A stretch of 64,000 nt of DNA, from assembly GCA_039588295.1 (NCBI GenBank), contig JBDHAB010000007.1:10829-74828 (forward strand). Direction: 5' to 3'. The stretch comes from Gemmatimonadota bacterium (GTDB lineage Bacteria; Gemmatimonadota; Gemmatimonadetes; Gemmatimonadales; GWC2-71-9). Below the pieces are notes generated by a model that was not told the origin of the DNA, did no database searches, and saw only the letters and a program-made list of their open reading frames with translations. Below are positions 33,601 through 45,289 of the stretch, in pieces. How positions within the stretch are numbered: the first letter of the stretch is position 1; every line of letters begins with the position of its first letter. The translations under genes and the position numbers were made by a program.

Positions 33601-36045
33601 CTAGAACCCTCCTTGCCCGATCGGCGTCCCCGGCGGTGCGGGGCGCGATGTGCTTCGCGAGGTACCGGGGTCGCGTCGGTTGAGAAAGCGTTCGATGTCC
33701 GACCACACGAGCGCCAGGTGGGCCTGCTCGGCCGGCTGCCGAGGCTCGGTCTGCTGGATCTGGTCGTACAACCGCCGTAACCCCCACTCGGCAGCGGCGC
33801 GCGCTTCGACCGTCGCCGCTGCATTGCCTGCCAGATCGAGCAGCGCGTCGACGAAGGCGCGCTGGACCACACGTCTGAGCGGTGTCCACCCTGGGCCGTC
33901 CTGGGCACCCCACGTGTTGTCGCTGACGCGCGCGATGACCTCCTGCGGCGTCGGCACGTTGGGATCTCTCGCATTGAGCGCGATCAGTCGAGCGATGCGG
34001 CGGCGGTCCAACAGGTTCTCGAGGGTCATGGTGGCGAGGATCCGGGCTGCACCGATCTGATCGAACGCGGGATAGGCGTCCGAGGCAAAGAACCATTGGT
34101 CGGTCGCCGTGCCGTAAGCGCGGGGGGCCATGAGCGCGAGCACCCGCTCGGGAATGGCCAGGGCAGTGGGTTCCAGGGCGTCTAGCACGAGTTCCAGCGC
34201 ACGGCGCTGGCGTTCCGGCGGAATGATCTTTGTTGGGGGCAGGCCGTCTCCGCGGACGGCGTAGCGGAACTCCATGCCACCGATCGCTTTGATTGCCGCT
34301 TCCAGGGTGTACCGGTGATGCAGATACACGGGCACCAGTCGATAGTTGAGCCACACCATGGGTTCTCCGTCTTGGAGGGCGCGCTCGTCGAACTGCTCGA
34401 GGAGCACCCGTCGCACCTCCATTACCCGCGCGAGTTCCTCCACGGCGTCAGCGCCGTTAATCCACTGCGTCACCTCGGGATATGATCCCGACGCGGCATT
34501 ATCACCGTCGGTGTTGAACTTGATGCCACGTCGTAACGCCTCCTCCACGATGGCCCGAAGACCCGTTTCCCCATCGTCAGGGAATTCCGTGTATGCGTAC
34601 CGCACGGCAATGGAGTCGTAGGCCCCCGGCCCGTCGCGGTACGCGTCACTCAAATCGATGCTGCCGTCGGTGAGCTTGATGAGCGGCGCGGGATAGTCCA
34701 TCACGGAGGCGCGGCCGTAACTCGCTGCGATGAAGTTGTGGGCGAGGCCCAGCGTGTGGCCGACCTCGTGCGCGGCGTGCTGGCGCCGCCGCGCCATGGC
34801 GAACTCCTCACCGCTCGCGCGCGGGTCGAGTGTCGCCAGCCAGTCGGTGATCTCGAATGCCGACGCTTCAGCGGAGGTCGGAAGCGTTCCCGCGTAGATG
34901 TTGAAGTCGGTGAGCGACCGATAGGAATCCATCCGCACCGCCGCTTTGATGATCTCCCCCGTACGCGGATCCACAAAGCTCGGCCCGATGGAGAACCCGG
35001 GGTCACTGCGGTGGACCCACTGAATCACGTTGTAGCGTGCGTCCATCGGGTCCATGGTGTCCGGCATGTCCACGACTCGGAAGGCGTTGGAGAACCCCGC
35101 CGCCTCGAACACGTCGCTCCACCACGCCGCGCCGTCGCGGAACGCGGATCGGTACGGCTCGGAAATGCCCGTGTCCAGGTAGTACACGATGGGTTCGATC
35201 GGTTCGGACTGCGGTGCCGCTGGATCCTTCTTTTGCAGGCGGTGACGCGCGACGTAGCGCACTCGGTAGCGCTGGTCCAAGGAGCGCGAGAAATCGTAGA
35301 ACGACACCGCGGAGTTGCCGATTCGCGGGTCGGCGCGACGCGGGACGAATCCGTCATCGGGCAGCTTCACCAAGGAGTGGTGCTGGCGGAGGGTGATCGC
35401 GCGGCCGTCTGGCGCGTTGGCCCTCACGATGGGACCCGAACGGTCGGAGGTGAACGTGATGGACGCCTCCACCTCGGTGTTGATCGGAAACGCCCTGGTT
35501 CTCGGGAGGTAGATGGCGCTCCGGACTCGACTCGGGGTGTAGGTCCCTTGCTCCGTGGCGCGAAGGCGCTGCGCCACCCCCATGTGGTCGGCCATGAAGT
35601 GCGAAGTGGCATCGACCAACACGCGACCGTCTTCCTCGGCCAGGATCTCGAAGGCGGCGATCGTGGAGACCACGAACGACTCCTCGACGGACCGGCGCAG
35701 CGCGGCATTCTCCGAGTTCGCGGCGCGAAACCGCGGATTGGTCCAGACGAGAAACACCTGCGGGCCCACGCGCTCAAATCGTGCGATCGCCTCATCGCCG
35801 ATCATCCCGCGATCGAGGCCCAGCGGTACACTGCCCATGCCGGTAGCGAGCGAGGTGAGATAGAGGAACGGTTCGTCGAGTCGCGGGATCTCGAGCAGGA
35901 GTGTGGCGTCATCCGCATTCCAATAGAGCGGGAAGTACCCGTCTCGCTTCTCAAGATCCTTGGTGTACTCGCGGATGGACTGCTGTGCCGCCAGGCTCGC
36001 GGGCAGGAGTGCGGCGATGATGAGGAGCGCGGCGTTGCGAAACAT
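33601..36045 (-). CDS. Secreted zinc metalloprotease (DUF5117/DUF4953-type)
   Basis: Signal peptide after ATG 36045 (MFRNAALLIIAALLPASLAAQQ). HEVGHTLGLAHNF zincin motif followed by SVMDY. Confidence 0.8.
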   Translation of the reverse strand: MFRNAALLIIAALLPASLAAQQSIREYTKDLEKRDGYFPLYWNADDATLLLEIPRLDEPFLYLTSLATGMGSVPLGLDRGMIGDEAIARFERVGPQVFLVWTNPRFRAANSENAALRRSVEESFVVSTIAAFEILAEEDGRVLVDATSHFMADHMGVAQRLRATEQGTYTPSRVRSAIYLPRTRAFPINTEVEASITFTSDRSGPIVRANAPDGRAITLRQHHSLVKLPDDGFVPRRADPRIGNSAVSFYDFSRSLDQRYRVRYVARHRLQKKDPAAPQSEPIEPIVYYLDTGISEPYRSAFRDGAAWWSDVFEAAGFSNAFRVVDMPDTMDPMDARYNVIQWVHRSDPGFSIGPSFVDPRTGEIIKAAVRMDSYRSLTDFNIYAGTLPTSAEASAFEITDWLATLDPRASGEEFAMARRRQHAAHEVGHTLGLAHNFIAASYGRASVMDYPAPLIKLTDGSIDLSDAYRDGPGAYDSIAVRYAYTEFPDDGETGLRAIVEEALRRGIKFNTDGDNAASGSYPEVTQWINGADAVEELARVMEVRRVLLEQFDERALQDGEPMVWLNYRLVPVYLHHRYTLEAAIKAIGGMEFRYAVRGDGLPPTKIIPPERQRRALELVLDALEPTALAIPERVLALMAPRAYGTATDQWFFASDAYPAFDQIGAARILATMTLENLLDRRRIARLIALNARDPNVPTPQEVIARVSDNTWGAQDGPGWTPLRRVVQRAFVDALLDLAGNAAATVEARAAAEWGLRRLYDQIQQTEPRQPAEQAHLALVWSDIERFLNRRDPGTSRSTSRPAPPGTPIGQGGF

Positions 36046-36185
36046 GGGACCTCCGGAACTGATGAGCGCCAGAAAGGAATGGGCAAAGTTCGCACAGTGC
36101 TTGGGTCGCAGGAACCCGGCAGCGACGGTGGGCACGGGCTGACTCGCTAGATTAGGCAGGTCGCCGGTCGGAGGATCGCTCACTG

Positions 36186-36737
36186 ATGCATGGTTGGGTT
36201 GGCAGGGTGGCGGCGCTGCTGCTGGCGGGGGCTGTGATGGCCGTTCCACAGGACGTGGAGGCACAACGGCTCCGGGTAGGGGCGAACATTCGCGGGCCGG
36301 CCAGACCTGGCCCCGAACTGGGGATCCGAGGTGGCTACGGCTTCGATGCAGAAGCCGTGTCGCTAGGTGGCCAGCTCCGCCTTCCCATCGGGCCGTTCAT
36401 CGAGATCGTGCCCAGCGGCGATTACTTCTTGGCCGGCGACCAAACGGCCTGGCAGGCCAACCTCGATCTGGCGGTGCGCACCGGGTTTCGGCAGGTCCTG
36501 TACGCCGGCGTCGGGGGGGCGCTCGCCCACAGGGCATTTGAGATCCAAGGGATCGCCATCTTTCCGGAAGACACCAAGCTCGGTCTCAATCTGTTCGCCG
36601 GCGCATCCATTCCACGATTCCTCCGCACACGGATCCGACCCTACATCGAGGCGCGGTGGACCTTCGTGAGTGACTTCGACGCGCAGTTCGACCTCGTGCT
36701 CGGTGTGAACTACGTTCTGAACGAGGGCCAGCCCTGA
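36186..36737 (+). CDS. Small outer-membrane beta-barrel-like protein
   Basis: Signal peptide ...AVPQDVEAQ and an alternating beta-strand pattern. No specific family recognised. Confidence 0.45.
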   Translation: MHGWVGRVAALLLAGAVMAVPQDVEAQRLRVGANIRGPARPGPELGIRGGYGFDAEAVSLGGQLRLPIGPFIEIVPSGDYFLAGDQTAWQANLDLAVRTGFRQVLYAGVGGALAHRAFEIQGIAIFPEDTKLGLNLFAGASIPRFLRTRIRPYIEARWTFVSDFDAQFDLVLGVNYVLNEGQP

Positions 36738-36877
36738 GCCCACCGGCGTGGCGTGGGATGATTCCTGAAGCGTCGTCGCGCGAGGCCCCCCTCGAGCCAC
36801 CGACGCACCGGGGCAGAAACGCCCAGGGCCGGCCGACTGACGCCGACCGGCCCCAACCAATCCACTGAGTTTGCCGC

Positions 36878-37372
36878 CTACTGGGGCGGGAGCAACACCT
36901 TGTCGATCACGTGGATCACGCCGTTCGACGCCAGCACGTCGGTCTGCGTCACGGTTGCGTCATTGATCTGGACCCCGCTGGTCGCGTCGATCGTGACATC
37001 CATTCCCTGGAGCGTGGTCGCGCTGGTGAGGTTCACGACATCGGCTGCGAACACTTCGCCGGCCACGACGTGGTAGAGCAGGATGTCGGCCAATGCGGTC
37101 GGATCCTGCAGCAGTGCGTCGAGCGTTCCCGCCGGCAGGGCGGCAAACGCAGCGTCGGTAGGAGCAAACAGCGTGAACGGCCCGTCGTTCGCCAGCGTGG
37201 CGTCCAGGTTCGCCGCCTGGGCCGCAGCGATGAGCGTGTTGAAGGTGCCTGCCGTTGCGGCCGTCTCGACGAGATTCTGCAGCTCGGCCTCTTGGGCATC
37301 GTCGCATGCAGCGGTGGCAAGTGTGAGACCCAGGATGCCAGCAGTGGCGAGGCGCGTGGCGAAGTTGCGCAT
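36878..37372 (-). CDS. Fasciclin (FAS1) domain lipoprotein
   Basis: Lipobox [11 protein letters not shown]1 H1/H2 motifs: [32 protein letters not shown]. Confidence 0.85.
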   Translation of the reverse strand: MRNFATRLATAGILGLTLATAACDDAQEAELQNLVETAATAGTFNTLIAAAQAANLDATLANDGPFTLFAPTDAAFAALPAGTLDALLQDPTALADILLYHVVAGEVFAADVVNLTSATTLQGMDVTIDATSGVQINDATVTQTDVLASNGVIHVIDKVLLPPQ

Positions 37373-37596
37373 GTGACCCTCCGAGTTGTGCTAAGTGGTT
37401 GACCTGCAAATGGTTACCGATTTAGACCATCGAGCGATTGTCTACTACATGTCCAAGACAATAAGTGCGAATGAGCTTCCTGTCAATCGTTTGTCCATAT
37501 ACGAATGCTACAACAACTGAACAGGGTGCATTTGCCAGGCGGGAATCTTCCGCTAGGTTGGGCGGCGGCAGTTCGTCGCTAGCTTGGAGTGAACTC

Positions 37597-38625
37597 GTGG
37601 ATTCCCTGGTGCTGGTTCTTCTGCTTCTCCTTGCCGCCGCGATTGCGGCGGTCGCGGCCCTGGCGTTCCGGGGCGGCGCGTCTTCGCTGCAGGTCCAGCT
37701 CGGTGAGCTACGGTCCCGGCTGGATGATCTGGTGCGAGCGCAACAGGAGCTCCCGCGTGCGGTAGCGGAGGGAGCTGCGGAGCAGGCGCGGTCGCTTGCC
37801 GATGTGGGCGAGCGCCTTGGGCGGCTGGCGGAGGTCACAACTCGGCTCGAGGAGATGGGACGATCCGTCACCGCGGTCGAAGAACTGCTCAAGGTGCCGC
37901 GGCTCCGGGGGACGCTCGGGGAAGTGTGGTTGGAGGAACTGCTGCGCCAGGTGTTCCCGCCCAACCTCTACCGGATGCAGCACGGCTACCGATCGGGGGC
38001 GCGGGTGGACGCCGTGGTCAAGATTGGTGACCGGCTGGTACCGATCGATTCCAAATTCCCGTTGGAGGCGTGCCAACGGATGTTGGCGAGCGACGGCGCC
38101 AGGGCCGACCGGGAACGCCGGGCGTTCCGCCGATCACTGCGGGATCGCGTGGACGAGATCGCAGACAAGTACATCCGGCCCGAAGAAGGCACCTTCGATT
38201 TCGCCTTCATGTATGTGCCGGCGGAAGCCGTGTACTATGAGGCCGTGGTCCAGGAACAGGCTTCTGACGACAGTGAGAGCCTGGTGGCCTATGCGCTCCG
38301 ACGCCACGTGATCCCGGTTTCGCCGCACACATTCTACGCCTACCTCGCGGCGGTGCTTCATGGCCTCCGGGGACTCGAAGTGGAGCAGCGCGCGCGCGAG
38401 ATCCAGTCGGAACTCGGCGGGCTGCACCAACAGATCGATCGATTTCAACGTGCTTACGAGCTGGTGGGGCGTCATCTGGAGCATGCGGCCAAGCAGTACG
38501 CGGAATCGGAGCGGCAGCTCGTGTCGGTTCGCGCGCGGTTGACGGCGCTGACGGCGGTTGGCGCCGACGCCGAGCTCGGCCCGCCGGCAGGCGTGTCCCC
38601 CGACCGACCATCGTCCAGCGGGTAG
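37597..38625 (+). CDS. rmuC: DNA recombination protein RmuC
   Basis: N-terminal TM helix, a long coiled coil, and a nuclease-like core GEVWLEELL...RVDAVVKIGDRLVPIDSKFPLE...FMYVP.E. GTG 37597 has GGAG 7 nt upstream. The listed start 37465 adds an implausible leader. Confidence 0.8.
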   Translation: MDSLVLVLLLLLAAAIAAVAALAFRGGASSLQVQLGELRSRLDDLVRAQQELPRAVAEGAAEQARSLADVGERLGRLAEVTTRLEEMGRSVTAVEELLKVPRLRGTLGEVWLEELLRQVFPPNLYRMQHGYRSGARVDAVVKIGDRLVPIDSKFPLEACQRMLASDGARADRERRAFRRSLRDRVDEIADKYIRPEEGTFDFAFMYVPAEAVYYEAVVQEQASDDSESLVAYALRRHVIPVSPHTFYAYLAAVLHGLRGLEVEQRAREIQSELGGLHQQIDRFQRAYELVGRHLEHAAKQYAESERQLVSVRARLTALTAVGADAELGPPAGVSPDRPSSSG

Positions 38626-38694
38626 CGCCGCCCGCTGTGCGGGCCCGCCGCCCCACCACTCGCATGATACACCGAAGCAGAGAAGGAACCTTTA

Positions 38695-39228
38695 ATGTCT
38701 CTTCACCTTGGGCTCACGGTCAGAACGCTAGTTGTACTCGCTGCGTGCAGTGCTGCGCCCGTTGCCGCGCAAACGGAGCGGGGGGAATCTCCCTGCCGCG
38801 GGCAGGCGGTGTATCGACAGTTCGATTTTTGGGTGGGGGAGTGGGACGTGTTCGCTCCGGACGGCAAGGCGGCAGGCACCAACCGAATTGCGAAGTTGGC
38901 GAACGGGTGCCTCCTCCTCGAGAACTGGACGAGTGTCGCAGGCGGCACCGGGAAGAGCATCAACTACTACAACCCCGCCAGGGGCAAGTGGGTGCAGACG
39001 TGGGTGGACGGGCACGGAGGCATCATCGAGGTGGAGGGGGTGTTCGCCGACGGCGTGATGCGTTTCGAGGGCGTGCACATCTACCCCGATGGCCGTCGCG
39101 AAGCCTACCGCATGAGTTTCACCCCGCACAACGATGGATCGGTCCGCCAGTTCATCGAGCAATCGAAGGATGATGGGACGTCGTGGTACGTCTGGTTTGA
39201 CGGGAAGTACGTGAGGCAGCGGCACTGA
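38695..39228 (+). CDS. Secreted hypothetical protein (lipocalin/DUF1579-like guess)
   Basis: Signal peptide MSLHLGLTVRTLVVLAACSAAPVAAQ. The FDFWVGEWDV motif is reminiscent of DUF1579-like proteins. No firm family. Confidence 0.5.
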   Translation: MSLHLGLTVRTLVVLAACSAAPVAAQTERGESPCRGQAVYRQFDFWVGEWDVFAPDGKAAGTNRIAKLANGCLLLENWTSVAGGTGKSINYYNPARGKWVQTWVDGHGGIIEVEGVFADGVMRFEGVHIYPDGRREAYRMSFTPHNDGSVRQFIEQSKDDGTSWYVWFDGKYVRQRH

Positions 39229-39255
39229 CCATCTGAGCGAGGAGCCTGGAGTCTC

Positions 39256-40638
39256 ATGTCAACGCGGGCAAAGGCGGCCGAGGCCGCAGCACCTGGCGCG
39301 AGCACCGCGGAAGATCTCAATCCCTTCAGTGTTGCCTGTCGGCAGTTCGATCAGGCCGTGCGCTACATCCCCGAGCTCAAGGCCGGGCTGGTGGAGTTCT
39401 TGAAGCGACCGGACCGGGTCATCACGGTAGAATTCCCAATTCAGACGCAGAACGGCTCGGTGCGCAACTTCGTCGGCTTTCGGGTGCTCCACAACCGAGT
39501 TCGCGGACCAGGCAAGGGTGGGATTCGCTATCACCCCGACGTGTCGGCCGACGAGGTACGGGCGTTAGCGTCGTGGATGACCTGGAAGTGCGCCGTGATG
39601 GACATCCCGTTCGGGGGGGCGAAGGGTGGGGTCATCTGCAACCCGAAGCAGCTCACCAAGCCTGACCTCCGGATGATCACGCGTCGATTCGTGGCCGAAC
39701 TCGGTGACAACATCGGTCCTCACACGGACATCCCGGCGCCCGACGTCAACACCAGCGCGGAGACGATGGCGTGGATCTATGACACCTACCAGATGATGCA
39801 TGCCGGTGAGAACTGCCTGCCGGTCGTGACCGGCAAGCCGGTGAACATCGGTGGGTCCCTGGGTCGACGGGAGGCAACGGCGCGTGGGTGTCTGTTTGCC
39901 ACGCAGCGGGCGCTGGCCAGCGGGCTCGTCAAGGGACTCGACTCGGTGAACGGGGCGACGGTCGTGGTCCAGGGTTATGGGAACGCGGGTGCCATCGCGG
40001 CGCAGCTCTTTACGGAAGCTGGTGCCCGCGTCATCGCCGTGAGCGATTCGCAGGGTGGCATCCACGACTCCAACGGACTCGACTGGGCCGCGGCACTCGA
40101 GCACAAGCGGTTGACGGGCTCGGTCGTGGGACTTCCGCATACCGAAGGTGTGAGCAACGAGGAGCTCCTGGCGCTCCCGTGTGATGTGCTGATTCCGGCC
40201 GCATTGGAGAACGTCATCCGCGGCGACAACGCCGCGGCTGTGAAGGCGCGGTTCGTCGTCGAGGCCGCCAACGGCCCGACGACACCCGAGGCCGACAAGA
40301 TCCTGGTGCAGAAGGGGATCCCTGTGCTCCCCGACATCCTGGCGAACGCGGGTGGGGTCACGGTGAGCTATTTCGAGTGGGTGCAGAACATCGAGAACGA
40401 GCAGTGGGATGAGGATGACGTCAACGGGAAACTGCTCGTCAAGATGAATCGCTCGACGGACGCCGTGATCGACGAGAGGCGGAGGATCAACGAGTCGCTC
40501 GATCAACTCGAGAACGAGCGGCGGGACCGGGGACTCGGGGGAGAACCTCTGGACCCGGTGGACCTGCGAATGGCCGCCTATGTGCTGGCGATTCGGCGGG
40601 TGGGTGAGGTGACCTTGGAGCGCGGCATTTGGCCGTGA
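39256..40638 (+). CDS. Glutamate (Glu/Leu/Phe/Val) dehydrogenase, GudB/archaeal-like subfamily
   Basis: GPGKGGIRYHP...EVRALASWMTWKCAVMDIPFGGAKGG catalytic-Lys region. Dinucleotide fold VVVQGYGNAGA. GGAG precedes ATG 39256. Confidence 0.9.
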   Translation: MSTRAKAAEAAAPGASTAEDLNPFSVACRQFDQAVRYIPELKAGLVEFLKRPDRVITVEFPIQTQNGSVRNFVGFRVLHNRVRGPGKGGIRYHPDVSADEVRALASWMTWKCAVMDIPFGGAKGGVICNPKQLTKPDLRMITRRFVAELGDNIGPHTDIPAPDVNTSAETMAWIYDTYQMMHAGENCLPVVTGKPVNIGGSLGRREATARGCLFATQRALASGLVKGLDSVNGATVVVQGYGNAGAIAAQLFTEAGARVIAVSDSQGGIHDSNGLDWAAALEHKRLTGSVVGLPHTEGVSNEELLALPCDVLIPAALENVIRGDNAAAVKARFVVEAANGPTTPEADKILVQKGIPVLPDILANAGGVTVSYFEWVQNIENEQWDEDDVNGKLLVKMNRSTDAVIDERRRINESLDQLENERRDRGLGGEPLDPVDLRMAAYVLAIRRVGEVTLERGIWP

Positions 40639-40687
40639 TCCGAGTGTTGGATCCCAAAATGCGGTGTCAACCGTTGTGCACTACTGA

Positions 40688-42076
<1,389 letters not shown>

Positions 42077-42193
42077 TTATCCCCCGGCCCTCCCCCCGTG
42101 GGTTGACGGGAAGGCCAGTTAGGATTTCCCTGTAGCATACGGTTGGGGGGAGGCGACCTTCCCCCAGCTGCATGCAGCCGTTGGGAGATCCGG

Positions 42194-45100
42194 ATGAGCC
42201 TGCCGACTCTGGAACTGCGGGAGCGAGAGGATCACGGAATCCGGCAGAGCCGGTTCCAGTACCTCATGTCCTACCACGTGCAGGACATTCTGCTGGTCAC
42301 TAGTCTCTACGATTCCTTCACCCTCGCGGAAGACGGCAATCTCGGCGAGCTCATCCTCACTGAGTTTCTCGACCTCAACCTGCGACACACCCCAGAGCTC
42401 ACCCATGTGGCGACTGGCGGTGAGGCGCTCGCGCTCGCCGTCGAGAAGCGCCAATATGACCTGATCATCTCGAGCCTCCACTTGGGCGACATGACCGTCG
42501 TGGAGCTGGCCCGCCGGGTCAAGGAGGTCGGTGTCGACGTCCCGGTCGTGCTGCTCGCCTACGATGCGCGTGAGCTCACGGATTTCATAGCGGGGAACGA
42601 CGTCTCGGATCTGGAGTGCATCTTCCTTTGGCAAGGCGACGTCAAGATCCTGCTGGCCATCGTCAAGTACATCGAGGACCGCCGCAATCTCGCCCACGAT
42701 ACCGGCAAGGCCGGCGTCCCGGCCATCGTCGTGGTGGAGGACAACGTCCGGTACTACTCGTCGTTTCTCCCGATGATCTACGGCGAGCTGATGCAACATG
42801 CGCACAAGCTCATGCCGGAGGGCCTGAACCGGGCGCACAAGCTCATGCGGATTCGGGCCAGGCCGAAGATTCTCCTGTGCCAGACCTACGAGGAGGCATG
42901 GACGTTCATCTCCGAGTACCCGGACGAGATCCTGGGGTTGATCTCCGACATCGAGTTCCCGCGGGGAGGGGACCTCGACCGGCGGGCCGGTGTCGAGTTG
43001 GCGAAGGAGGTCCGGGCCTTGCGCCACGACATCCCGATCATGCTGCAGTCGAGTTGGCCGGAGAATGAGAAGCTGGCGCGACGAACGGGAGCATCGTTTC
43101 TGCTCAAGAACTCGCCGGTGCTGCTGCAGCAGCTGCGCGACTTCATGGCCCATGGTTTCGGGTTCGGCGACTTCGTGTTTCGGCTTCCCGACGGCAGCGA
43201 GATTGGCCGGGCCCATGACCTCCAGAGCCTGATCGAGAAACTCCACGTGGTTCCAAGCGAGAGCATCGCGCTCCACGCTGCGGGGAACCATTTCTCGCGC
43301 TGGCTCAAGACCCGCACGGAGTTTGCCCTCGCTGAGCGAATCCGACCCAGAACACTGGCCGATTTCGGCGGCGTGGAAGAACTTCGCCAATACCTGATTC
43401 GTTCCATCGCGGAGTATCGACGCGAGCAAGGCCGCGGCGTGGTGGTCGACTTCGAGCGGGGACGCTTTGACAGCACGGTGCCGTTCACGCGCGTGGGGTC
43501 CGGTTCAATGGGCGGCAAAGCTCGGGGCCTCGCGTTCGTCAACTTCCTGCTCAAGGAACACAACGCGGCGTCGCGGTTCTCCGGCGTGCGGATTGCCGTC
43601 CCCTCCTCTCTCGTCCTCGGCACCGACCTCTTCGACGACTTCCTCGAGCGCAACCGACTGCGGGACTTCGCCATGGAGTGCGAGGACGAGGGCGAGCTCA
43701 GGACGCGGTTCCTGGGTGGGCGGTTTGCACGCGGGCTCGAGCGGGACCTCTCGGTATTCCTCCGACACATGCGGTATCCCCTGGCGGTACGCTCTTCGAG
43801 CCTGCTCGAGGACAATCAGTATCAGCCGTTCGCGGGGGTGTACCAGACGTTCATGCTGCCCAACAACCACGGTGATCTCGACATCCGCCTGACGCAACTC
43901 ATTGCCGCCATTCTCCGGGTGTACGCGTCGACGTTCTCGCAACACGCCAAGGCGTATCTGGATGCCACGCCGTATCGGCTGGAAGAAGAGAAGATGGCGG
44001 TCATCATCCAGCAGGTGGTGGGGGCAGAGCATAGGGGGTTGTTCTACCCCGACTTCGCCGGCGTCGCTCGATCCCACAATTTCTACCCGACCGCGCCATT
44101 TACGTCCGGCGACGGCATCGCGGCCGTCGCCCTCGGTCTGGGCCGCACGGTCATGGCCGGCGAGCGGTGTCTTCGGTTCTGCCCCCGGTATCCTCGGCAT
44201 GTCCTCCAGTTCTCCTCCGTGCAGGATTTCCTGAACCAATCGCAACGTGAGTACTGGGCGCTCGACCTGGGGCATGAAAGCGAGGGGTTTCACGACCCAC
44301 TCGATGCCCGCATGGTTCGGCTCGGGCTGGAGCGAGCCGAGGGAGATGGGACCCTGCAAACCGTGGGGTCGACGTATTCGCACGAGAACAACGCGGTCTA
44401 CGACGGGCTGTCCCGACCCGGTGTGCGACTCGTGAGCTTCGCACCGATTCTCAAGCACGGAGCCTTCCCGCTCGCGGAGATCCTCGACTACCTCCTCGAT
44501 ATCGGCGAGCAGGGCACGAGCGCACCCGTGGAAATCGAGTTTGCGGTGAATTCCTCGACTTCGCCTGATGAGCCGAAGCAGTTTGGGTTCCTCCAGATGC
44601 GGCCGCTGGCGGTCTCCCGGGAACTCGAGGAACTCGAGATCGGCGACGTCCGCCGAGGGGATGTCGTGGTAGAGAGTCCGTGTGTCCTCGGTCACGGGAG
44701 GATCGACAACATCCGTGACGTGGTGGTCATCGATTATCACCGATTTGAGCGTTCAATGAGCCAAGAGGCGGCCAGCGTGGTCACGCAATTCAACGCCGAC
44801 CTCAAGGCCAAGGGGATTCCCTATCTCCTGATCGGTGTCGGCCGATGGGGCTCGACCGATCCGTGGCTCGGGATTCCGGTCACGTGGGACCAGATTGCGG
44901 GAGTCCGAGTGATCGTGGAGGCAGGGTTCAAGGATCTGCGGGTCACGCCGTCTCAGGGGACGCATTTCTTCCAGAATCTGACGTCGAACAACGTTGGGTA
45001 CTTCACGGTAAACCAGGAGATCGGTGAAGGGCTCGTGGACTGGGACTGGCTCGCCGGGCGGCACGCCGTGAAGGAGACGCCCACCGTCCGCCACCTGCGG

Positions 45101-45211
45101 TTCGACGAACCGCTCGTGATCACCATGAATGGCAAGACCAACCGAGGCGTGATTCTCAAGCCGGGTGCCACCGCCGGCAACGCCCGTCCCGGCAGGGGCT
45201 CGCAGTACTAA
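42194..45211 (+). CDS. Two receiver-like domains fused to a PEP/pyruvate-binding (PPDK_N ATP-grasp) domain and an uncharacterised C-terminal region
   Basis: REC1 is degenerate (ILLVTSLYD...DLIISSLHLGDM, no acidic acceptor). REC2 looks competent (VVVEDN...ILGLISDIEFP...ML.S). GSGSMGGKARGLAF matches the GGKxxxL nucleotide-binding loop of the PPDK N-terminal domain. No obvious swivel-His (TSH) motif seen. Confidence 0.7.
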   Translation: MSLPTLELREREDHGIRQSRFQYLMSYHVQDILLVTSLYDSFTLAEDGNLGELILTEFLDLNLRHTPELTHVATGGEALALAVEKRQYDLIISSLHLGDMTVVELARRVKEVGVDVPVVLLAYDARELTDFIAGNDVSDLECIFLWQGDVKILLAIVKYIEDRRNLAHDTGKAGVPAIVVVEDNVRYYSSFLPMIYGELMQHAHKLMPEGLNRAHKLMRIRARPKILLCQTYEEAWTFISEYPDEILGLISDIEFPRGGDLDRRAGVELAKEVRALRHDIPIMLQSSWPENEKLARRTGASFLLKNSPVLLQQLRDFMAHGFGFGDFVFRLPDGSEIGRAHDLQSLIEKLHVVPSESIALHAAGNHFSRWLKTRTEFALAERIRPRTLADFGGVEELRQYLIRSIAEYRREQGRGVVVDFERGRFDSTVPFTRVGSGSMGGKARGLAFVNFLLKEHNAASRFSGVRIAVPSSLVLGTDLFDDFLERNRLRDFAMECEDEGELRTRFLGGRFARGLERDLSVFLRHMRYPLAVRSSSLLEDNQYQPFAGVYQTFMLPNNHGDLDIRLTQLIAAILRVYASTFSQHAKAYLDATPYRLEEEKMAVIIQQVVGAEHRGLFYPDFAGVARSHNFYPTAPFTSGDGIAAVALGLGRTVMAGERCLRFCPRYPRHVLQFSSVQDFLNQSQREYWALDLGHESEGFHDPLDARMVRLGLERAEGDGTLQTVGSTYSHENNAVYDGLSRPGVRLVSFAPILKHGAFPLAEILDYLLDIGEQGTSAPVEIEFAVNSSTSPDEPKQFGFLQMRPLAVSRELEELEIGDVRRGDVVVESPCVLGHGRIDNIRDVVVIDYHRFERSMSQEAASVVTQFNADLKAKGIPYLLIGVGRWGSTDPWLGIPVTWDQIAGVRVIVEAGFKDLRVTPSQGTHFFQNLTSNNVGYFTVNQEIGEGLVDWDWLAGRHAVKETPTVRHLRFDEPLVITMNGKTNRGVILKPGATAGNARPGRGSQY

Positions 45212-45289
45212 TCGGGCGGCCGGCCTAGATGATGCGAGAGTGGCAGTGCAGGGCACCGCCACCCTCGATGGCATCGCAACCGCCGATGC

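Noticed and set aside
36826-36853. Imperfect GC hairpin between the convergent OMP and fasciclin genes as a terminator
   Set aside because: The stem is only 7 bp, with internal mismatches and no U-tract on either strand. It is too weak to annotate.
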